A stretch of DNA of 64,000 bases from Octopus bimaculoides. Lineage: Eukaryota. This document shows positions 50,201 to 61,029 of this stretch, piece after piece. The stretch spans positions 92,189,302-92,253,301 of the forward strand of contig NC_068982.1 of assembly GCF_001194135.2 (NCBI RefSeq), read 5' to 3'. The notes beneath the pieces were generated by a model. The model had not been told where the DNA came from and did not search any database. It worked only from the letters and a program-made list of their open reading frames with translations. Positions within the stretch are counted from its first letter, which is position 1. Each line of letters starts with the position of its first letter. The position numbers were made by a program, and so were the translations under genes.

Positions 50201-52289
50201 ACTGGGTCACTGATTTCAATTACTCCTTCCCCCTACTATAACCTCTACTGTCCTCTAAATTCTATTTCTTCTTACAAGATATAAAATGCCAATGAAATAG
50301 CTGCAGAACCAGTGTAAATATTTAGGCTCTGTGGAGTTGTGACTATGTTTAATCAGTCAAATTGTCCTTTATGTTCGAAATTCATGAAGTCATTTAACAA
50401 CAACAGTTTCTTTGCAATGATGTAATGTTCTCATTAATCAATTAAAGGAATCGCTTGAAAGGGCCATAATGAATTGACACCTGTACCTCTATGTTACACA
50501 TTTATATTTTATTCACCTGTCTTGGAATCTACACTTTGGAAATATTAAAGAAGGTATTTAATATAAAGAAGGTATTTTGATATTCACGTCTGAATAGTGA
50601 AGAGTGGATCTCTTCACTTAGCTGAGTCACATTATCTGCATACACTGCAAGAATGGCACTTCTGCACCAAGTCTGATATTCACTTAATATTGTTTGGATG
50701 TGCATATTATTACAACCTAACAAGGTGTCTCAATTAAGTACCTAATTCAGCCGAATCTTAATTGTATTATATATCTTGAGGAGAAGTTTCAGATGTGGAA
50801 GCAAGTATTAGAATCGAAGGGCCTTAGAGTCAACCTAGCTAAAACCAAAGTCCGAATAAGTAGGAAGGTAGACAAACCACAAACCCCTTCAGGTAGATGG
50901 CCCTGCTCGATGTGTAGAAAAGGCATAGGTAGAAACTCTGTACCCAGTGTAAGTTATGGACACATAAGAGGTGCAGCAATATCAATGGAAGGGCTAACTG
51001 GGAAAATAGTTTTATATGTGGCAGATGCTCAGGAGCAATAAGCACTGAAAATGTACAGAGAACAACTTCTGCCACATTCCAAGGAGGAAAACTAGAAGTA
51101 GTTGATAGCTTCTGTTACCTAGGTGACCAAGTCAGTAGCAGGGGAGGATGCGCTGAAAGTGTAGCTGCTAGAATAAGAATAGCCTGGGCAAAGTTCAGAG
51201 AGCTCTTACCTCTGCTGGTGATAAAGGGCCTCTAGCTTAGAGTAAAAGGCAGACTGTATGACACATGTCTACGAACAGCCATGCTACATGGCAGTGAAAC
51301 ATGGGCAGTGACTGCTGAGGACATGCGTAAGCTCGAAAGGAATGAAGCCAGTATGCTCTGATGGATGTGTAATGTCAGTGTGCCTACTTGACAGAGTGTA
51401 AGTACCTTGAGAGGAAAGTTGAACCTAAGAAGCATCAGTCGTGGTGTCCAAGAGCGACAATTGCGCTGGTATGGTCATTTGGCGAGAATGGATGAGGATA
51501 GCTGTGTAAAAAAGTGCCACAGCCTAGCAGTTGAGGGTACCTGTGGAAGAGGTAGACCCAGGAAGACCTGGGATGAGGTGGTGAAGCACGACCTTCGCAC
51601 ATTGGGCCTCACCGAGGCAATGACTAGTGACNNNNNNNNNNNNNNNNNNNNNNNNNNNNNNNNNNNNNNNNNNNNNNNNNNNNNNNNNNNNNNNNNNNNN
51701 NNNNNNNNNNNNNNNNNNNNNNNNNNNNNNNNNNNNNNNNNNNNNNNNNNNNNNNNNNNNNNNNNNNNNNNNNNNNNNNNNNNNNNNNNNNNNNNNNNNN
51801 NNNNNNNNNNNNNNNNNNNNNNNNNNNNNNNNNNNNNNNNNNNNNNNNNNNNNNNNNNNNNNNNNNNNNNNNNNNNNNNNNNNNNNNNNNNNNNNNNNNN
51901 NNNNNNNNNNNNNNNNNNNNNNNNNNNNNNNNNNNNNNNNNNNNNNNNNNNNNNNNNNNNNNNNNNNNNNNNNNNNNNNNNNNNNNNNNNNNNNNNNNNN
52001 NNNNNNNNNNNNNNNNNNNNNNNNNNNNNNNNNNNNNNNNNNNNNNNNNNNNNNNNNNNNNNNNNNNNNNNNNNNNNNNNNNNNNNNNNNNNNNNNNNNN
52101 NNNNNNNNNNNNNNNNNNNNNNNNNNNNNNNNNNNNNNNNNNNNNNNNNNNNNNNNNNNNNNNNNNNNNNNNNNNNNNNNNNNNNNNNNNNNNNNNNNNN
52201 NNNNNNNNNNNNNNNNNNNNNNNNNNNNNNNNNNNNNNNNNNNNNNNNNNNNNNNNNNNNNNNNNNNNNNNNNNNNNNNNNNNNNNNNN

Positions 52290-52334
<45 letters not shown>

Positions 52335-53175
52335 TATTATACTTTTACCAGAAGATGAATGACAGTGACTTTAAAGTTTCAGTCTGCTAGCCTTCATCCA
52401 ATATTCAAGGAAGACTAGTTGACCGAAACATTTTATAAAGTATAATAAACATGTACTCTACAGAAAAGTATTGAGCAATTCTTCAGTTTAATGTTAAATT
52501 GTTTTTGTATTAGCTTGGCATAAAATCAAACATTATTTGTCGTTGACATCATAAGGATTTAGAAGCTTCAAGAGAACATAAAATACTTTTTTTGGAACAA
52601 AGCTGGTAAAGCTATGAATAATAGCCTGTAAATATTGGGTTAAGAAACTCTTTGGAGAGATTTCGAAGGCAGCCTTTGATATTTTACTACACAAAGGTTG
52701 TTTTTAATAAACAATATATCATCATTATATGTATATCAACATTATATATTCTTTTATTCTTTTACTTGTTTCAGTCATTTGACTGTGGCCATGCTGGAGC
52801 ACCGCTTTAAACAGCTTTTTAGTCGAAGAAATCAACCCCAGGACTTATTCTTTGTAAGCCTAGTACTTATTCTATTGGTCACTTTTGCCAAACCGCTAAG
52901 TTACAGGGACATAAACTCCCCAACATCGGTCATCAAGCGATGGTGGGGTGACAAACACAGACACAAAGACACACATATATAGATATATATATACACACAC
53001 ACACATATATATATATATACATATATATATACATATATATATATACATACATACATATACACACACACACACACATATACGATGGGCTTTGGTCGGCCCG
53101 AGGCTATAGTAGAAGGCACTAACCCAAGGTGCCACACAGTGAATCTGGAACCATGTGGCACAGCCTGCTTGTGCC

Positions 53176-53206
<31 letters not shown>

Positions 53207-55098
53207 CACGCACACAAACACATCATAATGGGTGTTATGTCCATCTGTCTGTCTGTCCGTCTGTTCCCTCTTCATGGTCAAACGGCTGGACCAATGGTCA
53301 TGATGTCTTTTGGGGATTATGAAGGAGGTAATCAGGAAGGTTTTTAGCGAAAAAATGTTAAAAAAGTATGATTATTTAGTGGATATTAGTTTTGCATTAA
53401 TAAATCACCTTTGTCTTTTTGGTTTTTTTTTGGTTTTTTTATGTTAAAATTCCGGTGACGAGGATTAACTCTGGATTTCCCCCGTATAGTTCGTGAATTT
53501 AGAGGATTTAGATTTGCGATACTATCCCTTTATTGCCCATCGTAGATGGGCAGATTTGCTATCTTACTATAATGGACATAATGTCTGTTCCCTTTTCACA
53601 GCCAGACGTTTAGATCAACGGTTACGATATTTTGGGGGATTACAAAGACAGTCACCAGGAAGGTTTTTAGCACTAAAGAATCAGAAAATATGATTATTTC
53701 GTGGATATCTATTTTTGAATTGATAAACAACCTTTGCATTTTTATTAAAAATTCACTGACCATGAGTAAGTCTGGATTTTCATCATATAGTCCATGGCCC
53801 CATCGTAGATATGAAGGGGATCATGAGGACGGTTAATAGCAAAAATAAAATGAAAAAAAGTGTGTGTGATTATTTAGTGGATTCGAAATGGCTAATCGAA
53901 GCCACTGTTGTTTATGTCTCAGTTTTGTCAATCAAAATAACCCATGATACCAGAACATCCTGACATTATTTGCATAGAACAGTGAGAGGTAAGTCTTAGT
54001 TTGATTTTTTGCAACTCCAAAGATTCCGCTCATGCATTCGCAGCAAACAAGACACAGGGCCAGACTTTAGATCATGTAGCTGTACTTTTACCCACTCCAA
54101 TGTTTACACATGGACAGTTATATGTCACTATGAGTAGAGCAACGGACTCCAGTTATTTGAAAATTAGTGTCGATCAAACGGAAAATATCATCTACAAAGA
54201 AGTTTTGTAATCATATTGGTATTATCGAACGGAATACAATTCATAATTTAAATAAGGAAATTTGTGAACTTTAAATGTATAAGAGTATAAATAAGCTTAA
54301 AATAGTGTAAACAACTAAAATAAAAGTATATCTATCAAGTCCATTTACACATTTCTCAATACATACTGCTGTTATGACTTCCCTCCCTCATTTTATGCCT
54401 CCATTTTATTGTAGATGGGTAGATTTGCTAGTATATATAATAATGATGATGGTATATTGTTTATTAGAATAACAATCTGTTTAGAACACAAGAATAAGTT
54501 TGTATACACAGCTGTAATATTTAGAGGTTGATAGGTAACATGTCTACATACAGTTTTGAGTGAATTAAGTAGACAGAAACTGTGAAGAAGCTCATTATGT
54601 GCATGTGTTGTTTGTCCCGCCACCACCACCACTTGACTTGTTTGTGTCCCCCATAACCTAGCACTTCAGCAAAGAGACCAATAGAATAAGTACCAGGTTT
54701 GAAAAGAAGTACTGGGGTTCATTTGTGTGACTAAAACCCCTTCAGCATGGCCACAGTTCAATGACTGAAGCAATAAAAGATAAAAGATGAACTGTTGATA
54801 TTGTTTTTAATATTCAAAATGTATGACTATTTGTTGCATTTTTTTATATTTCAACAATGTATATTCATTCTTCCATGTATTCATTTTTTTTCTTTTTCCT
54901 TCATCAGACGCTGATCTAGTTAAAGAGAATAATATGCTGAAAGAACTGAAGCTTTGTAAAATCTGTTTAGATGAAGAATTGAGTGTGGTATTTTTACCAT
55001 GTGGCCATTTGGTCAGTTGTGCATCATGTGCACCTGCTCTCAGTAACTGTCCTGTGTGTCGACAAAAGGTTCATGGAATGGTTAAGACATTTTTCTGA
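32426..55098 (+). CDS. Baculoviral IAP repeat-containing E3 ubiquitin ligase (XIAP/cIAP-like IAP), 6 coding exons, 585 aa: degenerate BIR + 3 BIR + UBA + RING
   Basis: Manual splice join 32426-33434, 36780-36961, 40762-40864, 45120-45254, 46296-46433, 54908-55098 = 1758 nt. The frame is open throughout, all introns are GT-AG, and phases are 1,0,1,1,1. Three C-x2-C-x16-H-x6-C BIR motifs, an MGY-containing UBA and a C3HC4 RING are present. Orthology to a specific vertebrate BIRC cannot be resolved by eye, so no symbol is given. Confidence 0.9.
35213..35687. mobile_element. piggyBac-type MITE (TTAACCC...GGGTTAA) carrying a hairpin insertion
   Basis: Starts TTAACCCTTTG and ends ...AATGCTAAAGGGTTAA. 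Interior interrupted at 35280-35524. Confidence 0.65.
35882..36110. mobile_element. piggyBac-type MITE, same family as 3021-3247 in the opposite orientation
   Basis: Starts TTAACCCTTTTGTTATC. Body is the reverse complement of 3070-3247. Right end decayed (ATAGTTAA). Confidence 0.75.
36396..36610 (+). mobile_element. tRNA-derived SINE
   Basis: ...TTCTGAGTTCAAATCCTGCTGAGGTCAACCTTACCTTTC...AAGTACTGGGGTTGAT, family shared with 55906 and 56185. Confidence 0.65.
36780..36961 (+). CDS. IAP coding exon 2: second half of BIR-D
   Basis: Acceptor CTACAG|G and donor CAG|GTAAAA. Translates (G)KSDTVICFSCDGGLCNWDDDDQPWHEHARWFPRCTFVQQMKDSKYIASASMKNKASSYNQ, completing the BIR in phase. Not in the supplied ORF track. 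Confidence 0.95.
37013..37391 (+). mobile_element. Young full-length tRNA-derived SINE with TSD
   Basis: Head GGAGGCGCAATGGCCCAGTGGTTAGG (A box) ... GGTTTCGATTCCC (B box) and an A-rich tail. 12-bp TSD AACTTTTATTGA at 37001-37012 and 37392-37403. Confidence 0.9.
38017..38458 (+). mobile_element. RTE 3' UTR repeat ending in (GAT)n
   Basis: CpG-rich, little-decayed copy of 11945-12479. Confidence 0.85.
38795..39130 (-). mobile_element. RTE 3' UTR-derived repeat, inverted relative to 38017-38458
   Basis: CATCATCATACATCC...CATGGGTTGGACAGTTTGAC...CTCCAGTCTGATTTAGC. Confidence 0.7.
39450..40330 (-). mobile_element. Probable Penelope-like retroelement RT remnant
   Basis: Minus strand has GSLTS... 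and NDRKLPF motifs resembling PLE RT (GSPLSP, KLPFLD). Very decayed. Confidence 0.35.
40762..40864 (+). CDS. IAP coding exon 3: S/T-rich linker
   Basis: T-rich tract with AAAG|GTG acceptor and TCAG|GTAAGA donor. Reads VLDNASSVLDGSAEPTEGSSTIEDVTTFPNTPTS. Phase 0 in and phase 1 out fit both neighbouring exons. Confidence 0.75.
41559..44417 (-). mobile_element. Decayed full-length hAT Buster/Charlie (ZBED5/8-like) transposon
   Basis: TIRs CAGTGTTTCCCAAA / TTTGGGAAGCTATG and 7/8 TSD ATGTAGAC / GTGTAGAC with central TA. Broken ORFs: CFLCHQTLTNEAMKPSHLKYH, IPFSNNTISRHI...STQVDEST...HCLAQQHHL and LAFPTSYLVESG...QTHGSH. Subterminal ATCGCCCACC repeats. Confidence 0.92.
45120..45254 (+). CDS. IAP coding exon 4: N-terminal part of UBA domain
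   Basis: TTGTAG|G acceptor and ACAG|GTAAGC donor. Reads (G)ILPKSRNLKYKYSCLDTPPVLAVLSMGYKRNVVKRVVKNKIKET, with the IAP-type UBA MG[FY] motif. Confidence 0.85.
46296..46433 (+). CDS. IAP coding exon 5: end of UBA and acidic linker
   Basis: TTTAAG|G acceptor and GCTA|GTAAGT donor. Reads (G)SSFSKASQLLEAIHKCPDFDDDIEDVSDEEEPVQTTIKNDTEMSA, completing the TG..F....LLEAI UBA helix. Confidence 0.85.
47253..50513. repeat. Long inverted duplication (arms about 47253-48404 and 49740-50513)
   Basis: 47262-48001 is the reverse complement of 49767-50495. After a ~375-bp left-arm-only segment, 48377-48404 pairs with 49740-49766. Confidence 0.95.
48430..49218 (-). mobile_element. Internally deleted Chapaev3 (CMC) transposon
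   Basis: From ATG 48843 the minus strand gives MPRNCVN / DFCYICGNLTFKSLR*RFMLLIKKCYVHYFDCKMGDQDKSWA, the FCYICG...GDQDKxWA N-terminus of Chapaev3 transposases. Terminus ...GTTGACCAGTG|TTA at 49218. Confidence 0.75.
50790..51631 (+). mobile_element. RTE LINE 3' part running into a gap
   Basis: WKQVLESKGLRVNLAKTK...VDSFCYLGDQV...LRWYGHLARMDEDSCVKKC...GRGRPRKTWDEVVKHDL. Confidence 0.9.
52755..52975 (-). mobile_element. SINE copy
   Basis: TTTTACTTGTTTCAGTCATTTGACTGTGGCCATGCTGGAGCACC...; related pieces at 16755 and 54625. Confidence 0.65.
53223..54431 (+). mobile_element. Non-autonomous Helitron with Pif1 helicase C-terminal remnant
   Basis: Starts A|TC with a (TGTC)n subterminal microsatellite and ends CTAG|T. 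ORF 54001..54210 has AFAANKTQGQTLDHV...PMFTHGQLYVTMSR...TENIIYKEVL. Hairpin GCCCATC-GTA-GATGGGC at 53536-53552. Confidence 0.85.
54908..55098 (+). CDS. IAP terminal coding exon: C3HC4 RING domain
   Basis: CATCAG|AC acceptor. Reads ADLVKENNMLKELKLCKICLDEELSVVFLPCGHLVSCASCAPALSNCPVCRQKVHGMVKTFF*, a typical IAP RING. Confidence 0.95.
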
Positions 55099-55248
55099 GG
55101 TATGACTAGATATTTATTGCTGATGGTTGCACATATTTCTGATGCAAATCTCTCCTAATTTGATGAAAAAAAAAGTACAGAACTTCATTATATAGAGAAT
55201 ATATCCTCTATTGAAAACTTTTCAAGAAATTTCTGCTTACTCATTCTC

Positions 55249-55254
55249 AATAAA
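55249..55254 (+). terminator. Possible polyadenylation signal of the IAP gene
   Basis: First AATAAA seen after the stop, about 150 nt downstream. The context is AT-rich, so this is weak evidence. Confidence 0.25.
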
Positions 55255-55905
55255 ACTATGTACAATTACTTTTTTTGTAAAGTTTATGACATATTTAATT
55301 CACCAACCATATTTTGTATTAGAAAGTTTTAACATTTGTTTACTGCTCTCTAAATCTGTACACACTAACTTGAATGATTATTTTTTTAATTATTTTTTCA
55401 ACTTGATCTCATATGGGAGAAAATTTTCATCATGCATTGAATTAAGGAGTAGTTTATGTTGAATTTTCTTCTGATAAACATTTTTTTTTTTTTTTTTGTG
55501 TGTGGTTTAAATATTCTAAACAACCTTTCTCCCTCTGTCTATGTATAATACATAACCTAGAAGCTATCAAATCTTTAACTGCCATTTCATATGTGACCAC
55601 GTCAGTTTTTTGTTTTTTTTTTCTTAATATTTCTTAATCTCATTGCTAATTGAAACCTTACTGAATTTTGGTATTATTGAACAAGAGACACAAGTTACTC
55701 AACAATTAACTATGATTAGCATATTTTCAGACATTTGCAAGCATTTTGTTTGACTAAGAAAACAGTGTTCTCATCTATCTTTAGTTGCTTTCAGCCAAAA
55801 CTCCATAAGATCCACTGATAAGAACAATTAAATATGACTCCCAAACAGTTTCCAATTACATAAATATAATTGTAATTACCATTATTTATTATCATAATTA
55901 TTGAG

Positions 55906-56330
55906 GTCGGTGGATGGCAGAATCTATGGAGTGACAGATTAAATGCCTTGCAATATTTAGTACTACACCTCTTATGTTCTAAATTCAAATCCTATCAAGG
56001 TTTACTTTGCCTTTCATCCTTCCAGGGTCAATAAAATAAGTACCAGTTATCTATTGGAGTTGACTAAATCAATATATTCTCCTGCTCCAAAATGTGTGGT
56101 CTTGTGCCTATGTTAGAATTTATTTTATTTATTTATTTATTTATTCATCCATTCATGCATTTTATTGACTCCCGAAAGGATAAAAGAAAAAGTTCCTCTG
56201 CTAAAGTCAACTTGGTCTTTCATCCATTCAGGGTTGATAAAAATAAAAGTACCAGCCTAATACTGGTGTCAATGATATTAATTAATCTCCTTTCTTCAAA
56301 ATTGTTGGCCTTGTGCCTAAATCAGAAGCT
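55906..56330 (+). mobile_element. Two adjacent tRNA-derived SINE copies
   Basis: GGTCGGTGGATGGCAGAATC...TTCTAAATTCAAATCC...CTTTGCCTTTCATCC, then a second CTTTCATCCATTCAGGGTTGATAAAA body. Confidence 0.65.
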
Positions 56331-59015
56331 ATTATTATTATTATTATTATTGAGCGATACAACAGACAAGACAATATTGAATTCTTGGCTTAGAGTCATG
56401 AGTTCATATCTTTGTACACATTTATGTTGTATCTTTAGGCAAGACACTTAACTCAACTTGCCTTCTAAATTTGCTAAATCTAATTTAGAAAATTACTTTT
56501 ATTCTATCATCACTATCATCCTTATTAGTTTTTTTTTTTTTTTCTTTCTGTTATTAAAAATATCTATTGAGCCTATTTATTTCAGCAATTGAAGCATTAA
56601 GTGCAACCAACAGAAATATTTCTAGTTTTAAATTATTGAAAACAAACTTCTTAAATAGGTAAGCAAATTCTCAGTTTTAAAGCTATACAGATTTTAAAGC
56701 TTTCAAACCACATTAAACAAGAGGCTGTGTTGTCTACTGAAGAATTCTGCAGAATTGGGAATGATTTTTTTTTTTGTTTTGAATATTTTTATTTCACTCA
56801 TCTGCTTCCCTTCAGTTATCTTGATAACTCTGAAATGTTAGAAAAATGAAATTAGGGTAGTGTTGTGGAAGTTTCCGATAAATTACACAGATTTTTGTTG
56901 AAGACAATATTCTACAAAATATTCTCAACTAATATAGGTGTATGTGTGAATGTGTTTATAAACTCATGCTTACATCAGCATCTCTGTTTTAATATCTTTC
57001 TTTCTTCAAATGCTTTGATTGGGTTGATTGGTTTCAGAGATATTTTGCTTCCAACCCCATATATTTAATTAGCATTCACTATTTCATGCCTTATTTAGTC
57101 AAATCTGCCTTTTTCGGTTACAGTTCCAAACACCTATCTACAGCTACAGCTTACTTGCTCAATTTTCTCTATCCATTTCTTCTATGGATTTCTATTTTAT
57201 CTAGCATTCTTAATTTCAGTTATTTGCTTGTATATTATCCTACTTGGCAAAATAATATTTCTAATATAAATATTATACAACCAACTTTGTTGGTCATCAG
57301 AATGGACAAATGCAATATGTTTCATAGTTTCATAACTATAGTACCTTAACTGTTTGCCCTCTAATTAGCAAGAATTATATCTCTTAACTTATCTATTATT
57401 TTAAATGCTAATTAGGTTTTTCAAATGAATCGATTATGCTATCAATTTGTTAATCTATTTTAAGCATTTGATGTTGGAGTCAGCTGTACCATTAATATCA
57501 TCATTTTCACTAAATACTCTCTAGACTTATTTTACATTTCTGTGCTAGGTTGCTCTCTTCTCTTTCTACTGATATATCAGTAATTAATTACTGCCTTAAT
57601 TTTTGTAGTTTGATCTCAGGACATGTGTAGTCTTATGCAATGTTTCTAAGCTACTAACTTACAGGTTTTGATAGCAAACCTATTCATTCATATGTAGTAT
57701 CTATATAGGTTTTCTCTCCTAAACTCAGGTGAATAAATTAATTTAATACTGAGCTTCAGTAAATGATCATGTGACATGAGTCTGTGTAAAACAGTCTAGT
57801 ACTCTGAAAGACTTTTTGCATTTATCAGTTTTTCAGATGTCATCCTTTCTCATTTAATATTCACACTTCTCACCAAATGCAAAATACAACTATTCTATAA
57901 TAGTTTAACTCATAAAAAAGGGTGAGACTGTCATCCCACTTATTCCCAATAAAGAAAATACAGAAACATAAATTTCAATTTAAAATTTACATATTTTGGC
58001 TATACTCACCACAGGTCCTTACAAATGACAGCTTTCTTGCACCATTTCCATCTTAATAAGCAATGACAGGGTTGTTGTTAATCACTGATAATACAGGATC
58101 TTACTTCAGCAAGATATCTACAGTTTGGTGACCAACGTTATCAAAAGTCATTGAGATGTCATCTGTTTCTTGATGTTGCTTGATGAATTATCATGTTTGT
58201 TTTTTTTTCAATGCTGTTACATTACATAGTTATGATAATTAATAATTATTTTGGTAAAATCTACCAGCAATTTTGTTTTCTCTTACTCAGTTACAGATCA
58301 TTCATTTCATAAATTTACCATATCATTATAATACAGAGTCTTTGAATACTTTACTGCTTTATCATTTACCCTATCAGCTATGATGACAATCTACTCTAAA
58401 AGATCAAAAGTTCAATTTCACATTCCAGAAGTACAGATGCCAATTTGGTAGCAAGATCTTCTGCACACTTCCTGCTATCAATGTGACATCTGTTTTCTCG
58501 CACTGCAATGCACAAGGTTTTTATATTTTTCACATATTTTGGATAGATCTACAAATGTTTACTTAAGATAGTGGTGTGCTAGCTAGATTCTCTTTGTAGC
58601 AATAGAAGCCATACCTATTTTGTAAACATGTTTGTCTTGAAATGACAAATATTTATTTTTGGAAATATTTTGTGTAGTGCTGTTATAACCACTTTTCTCT
58701 AGTTCCTGTTGCTGGTACAGCTAGAATGGATGAATTCATCACTTTTTGCTGTATTTTATGCTGGAAATGTAACTGGAATATTTTCTTTTTGTCTCTCAGA
58801 CTCAGTAATGCAAAATCTATTGTTCCTATTACACTCATTCACACATAGGATGCTCTCCACACCAACAAATGACTGCAGATTTTTCCAAAACATGTATTTA
58901 GAATCAAGCAAGAAATTAAATTTATTTAATGTATTTTTCATTCACTTCTGCAAGTTTGCTATCCAGACTCTGGTTGTCTTCCTAATCACCTCAAGTAAGA
59001 TGGAATTACTCACAG

Positions 59016-59219
59016 TTAGAGAACTTTCAGAGTCTTAACAACTGTTATTTCTGCACATTGTGTCTGCAATATAAATCGCAGAAAGTTCCAGATGCAATAA
59101 TCCATCATATTTGATGTTAAACTCTTAGCTGGCCAAACATTGGGCTCGATAAACTCTGGGGAATTATTTTGCAGGTGCACCTTTTCTCCATCCATTACGC
59201 AGTTAATAATCAGAAACAT
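59016..59219 (-). mobile_element. Tc1/mariner-superfamily transposase C-terminal fragment
   Basis: PEFIEPNVWPAKSLTSNMMDYCIW resembles WPPxSPDLNPMDYxIW. Confidence 0.65.
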
Positions 59220-60044
59220 CAGGGATTAAATTTATAAACATATTGGTTAACAATTGTCTTTTTCCTTTTGTACAATGGAATTGCTTTTGAGTCATTATAG
59301 CCTGTTCTTCAATGAAGAACAAATTTGTTTTGTCGTATGTGTTAATAGTGCCATAGCAAATAATGGAAGGTTTAGTATCTGCCTCTTTGAGATCATGAAA
59401 ATCCATTTCTGTTTTGAGTTTTGACTAACCTATAGTCTGCTTGTATAATGGTGCTTTCAGAAAAACCAGCTCTCTTTCCAATAATGTTTAATCTGAAAAT
59501 GATGGAAAACATCTTTGGCCATCAGCTTTCAAGTCTGTTAATGTGCAGCTGTTTATACATAACAACTCACTTTTACAATAGCATTTAAAGGAGAATTCAC
59601 TGATGATATTGGACTCTTCCTTTAAATATTTCCAACTGCTGTGCAGTCTGACATTGATTAGAATCTGTTTTCTTAGGAGAATTTATTGGAGAATAACTAC
59701 TATTGAAAGTATAGCATTCTACTGTAATAGTCCACTTTTTGAAAATTGAGTGTGCCACTTGTTTGCTTCTTTACACTTTCATAACTTCAATACCACATGA
59801 TTAAATTTTATGCTAGTTTATTTTACAAAAAAATTTTTGGTAAAATCTCTTGCATTTTTTTATAACCAAGGGGGAATGCTTCATCTCAAGTATAACAATT
59901 ATATGGTGTTGAAAATTGTTGAGTTGTAGCATGGTAAAAAAAATTTTAATTAATCAGTTAAAATAGAACATGTTAATAAACTTTGCACTTTTCCTACTGG
60001 ACACCTCATGTGTGTGTGTGTGTGTATTATATATATATATGCAT

Positions 60045-60079
<35 letters not shown>

Positions 60080-61029
60080 GAGAATATTTTCTTAAAATTT
60101 CTTTCATTTCACACTGAATTCTTTATATTCTTTATAAAATATAATAATGCTTTCCTTAGATAAGGTACAAGTTCACCTTTTGCATATAAGAAAGTTAAGT
60201 TGGTGATATCAATACCAGTATACTACTAGTACTTATTTTATTGACCCCACTAAGAGGTAAGAATTTGATATCAGTAGAATTTGAACTTAAATATAGGGAA
60301 ACAAAAAGTATACATTATTAGGCATTTAGCTTGATACTCTGTCAGTTTTGCCAGCTAACACCCTTCTATGAAATACGTTAATAATCAGTGCAAAATGTAA
60401 GAAATGTACTCACTTTTTGTTGTTGTTATTTTTTATGAATGAGCTTCTTTTGACCTCTTTTGATTTTATCCTCATTGAGATGGAGCATTCATAGGCATGC
60501 ATTATACACACTATTGTTTGTTCTTTGATTATTCTATCTTGTCATCCTGGAACTCACATTCAGGAAGTTAATATTTTGCTTTTATGGGTAGGGATAGTTT
60601 TGTTCCCCTACTCAAAACTGATTTGATCAGTCTTTGTAATTTTTTTTTTAATTTGCTAACCTGTATTGCAATAGTTGAGATAAACTAATGCCACAATGTG
60701 TCCTTATCTAAATAAGTTCAGAATATCTGGACCAAAATCTTTTCAGTCTTATTGTTTACCTGGATAGTGAGAACATTTTTGTTAAAAATCTATGTTCATT
60801 TCAAGGTATTTTTTGTTGTTTGTTATTTGCAATGTTAGTTTAACCAGTAAAATTTAATGTTGTGTCACTCCTTCAATTTTCTCAAACTAAGCTAAAGTTG
60901 TTATTTCTCTGACTATAGCTGTTAATGTGATTCTTTTGAGTCCATATTTGAAAATACAGAGTTTCCTGTTTGTCCCTCTGTACTGATTTTTTTTTTCCAG
61001 TCTTCCATGTGTTTCAAAATGAAAGGCTT

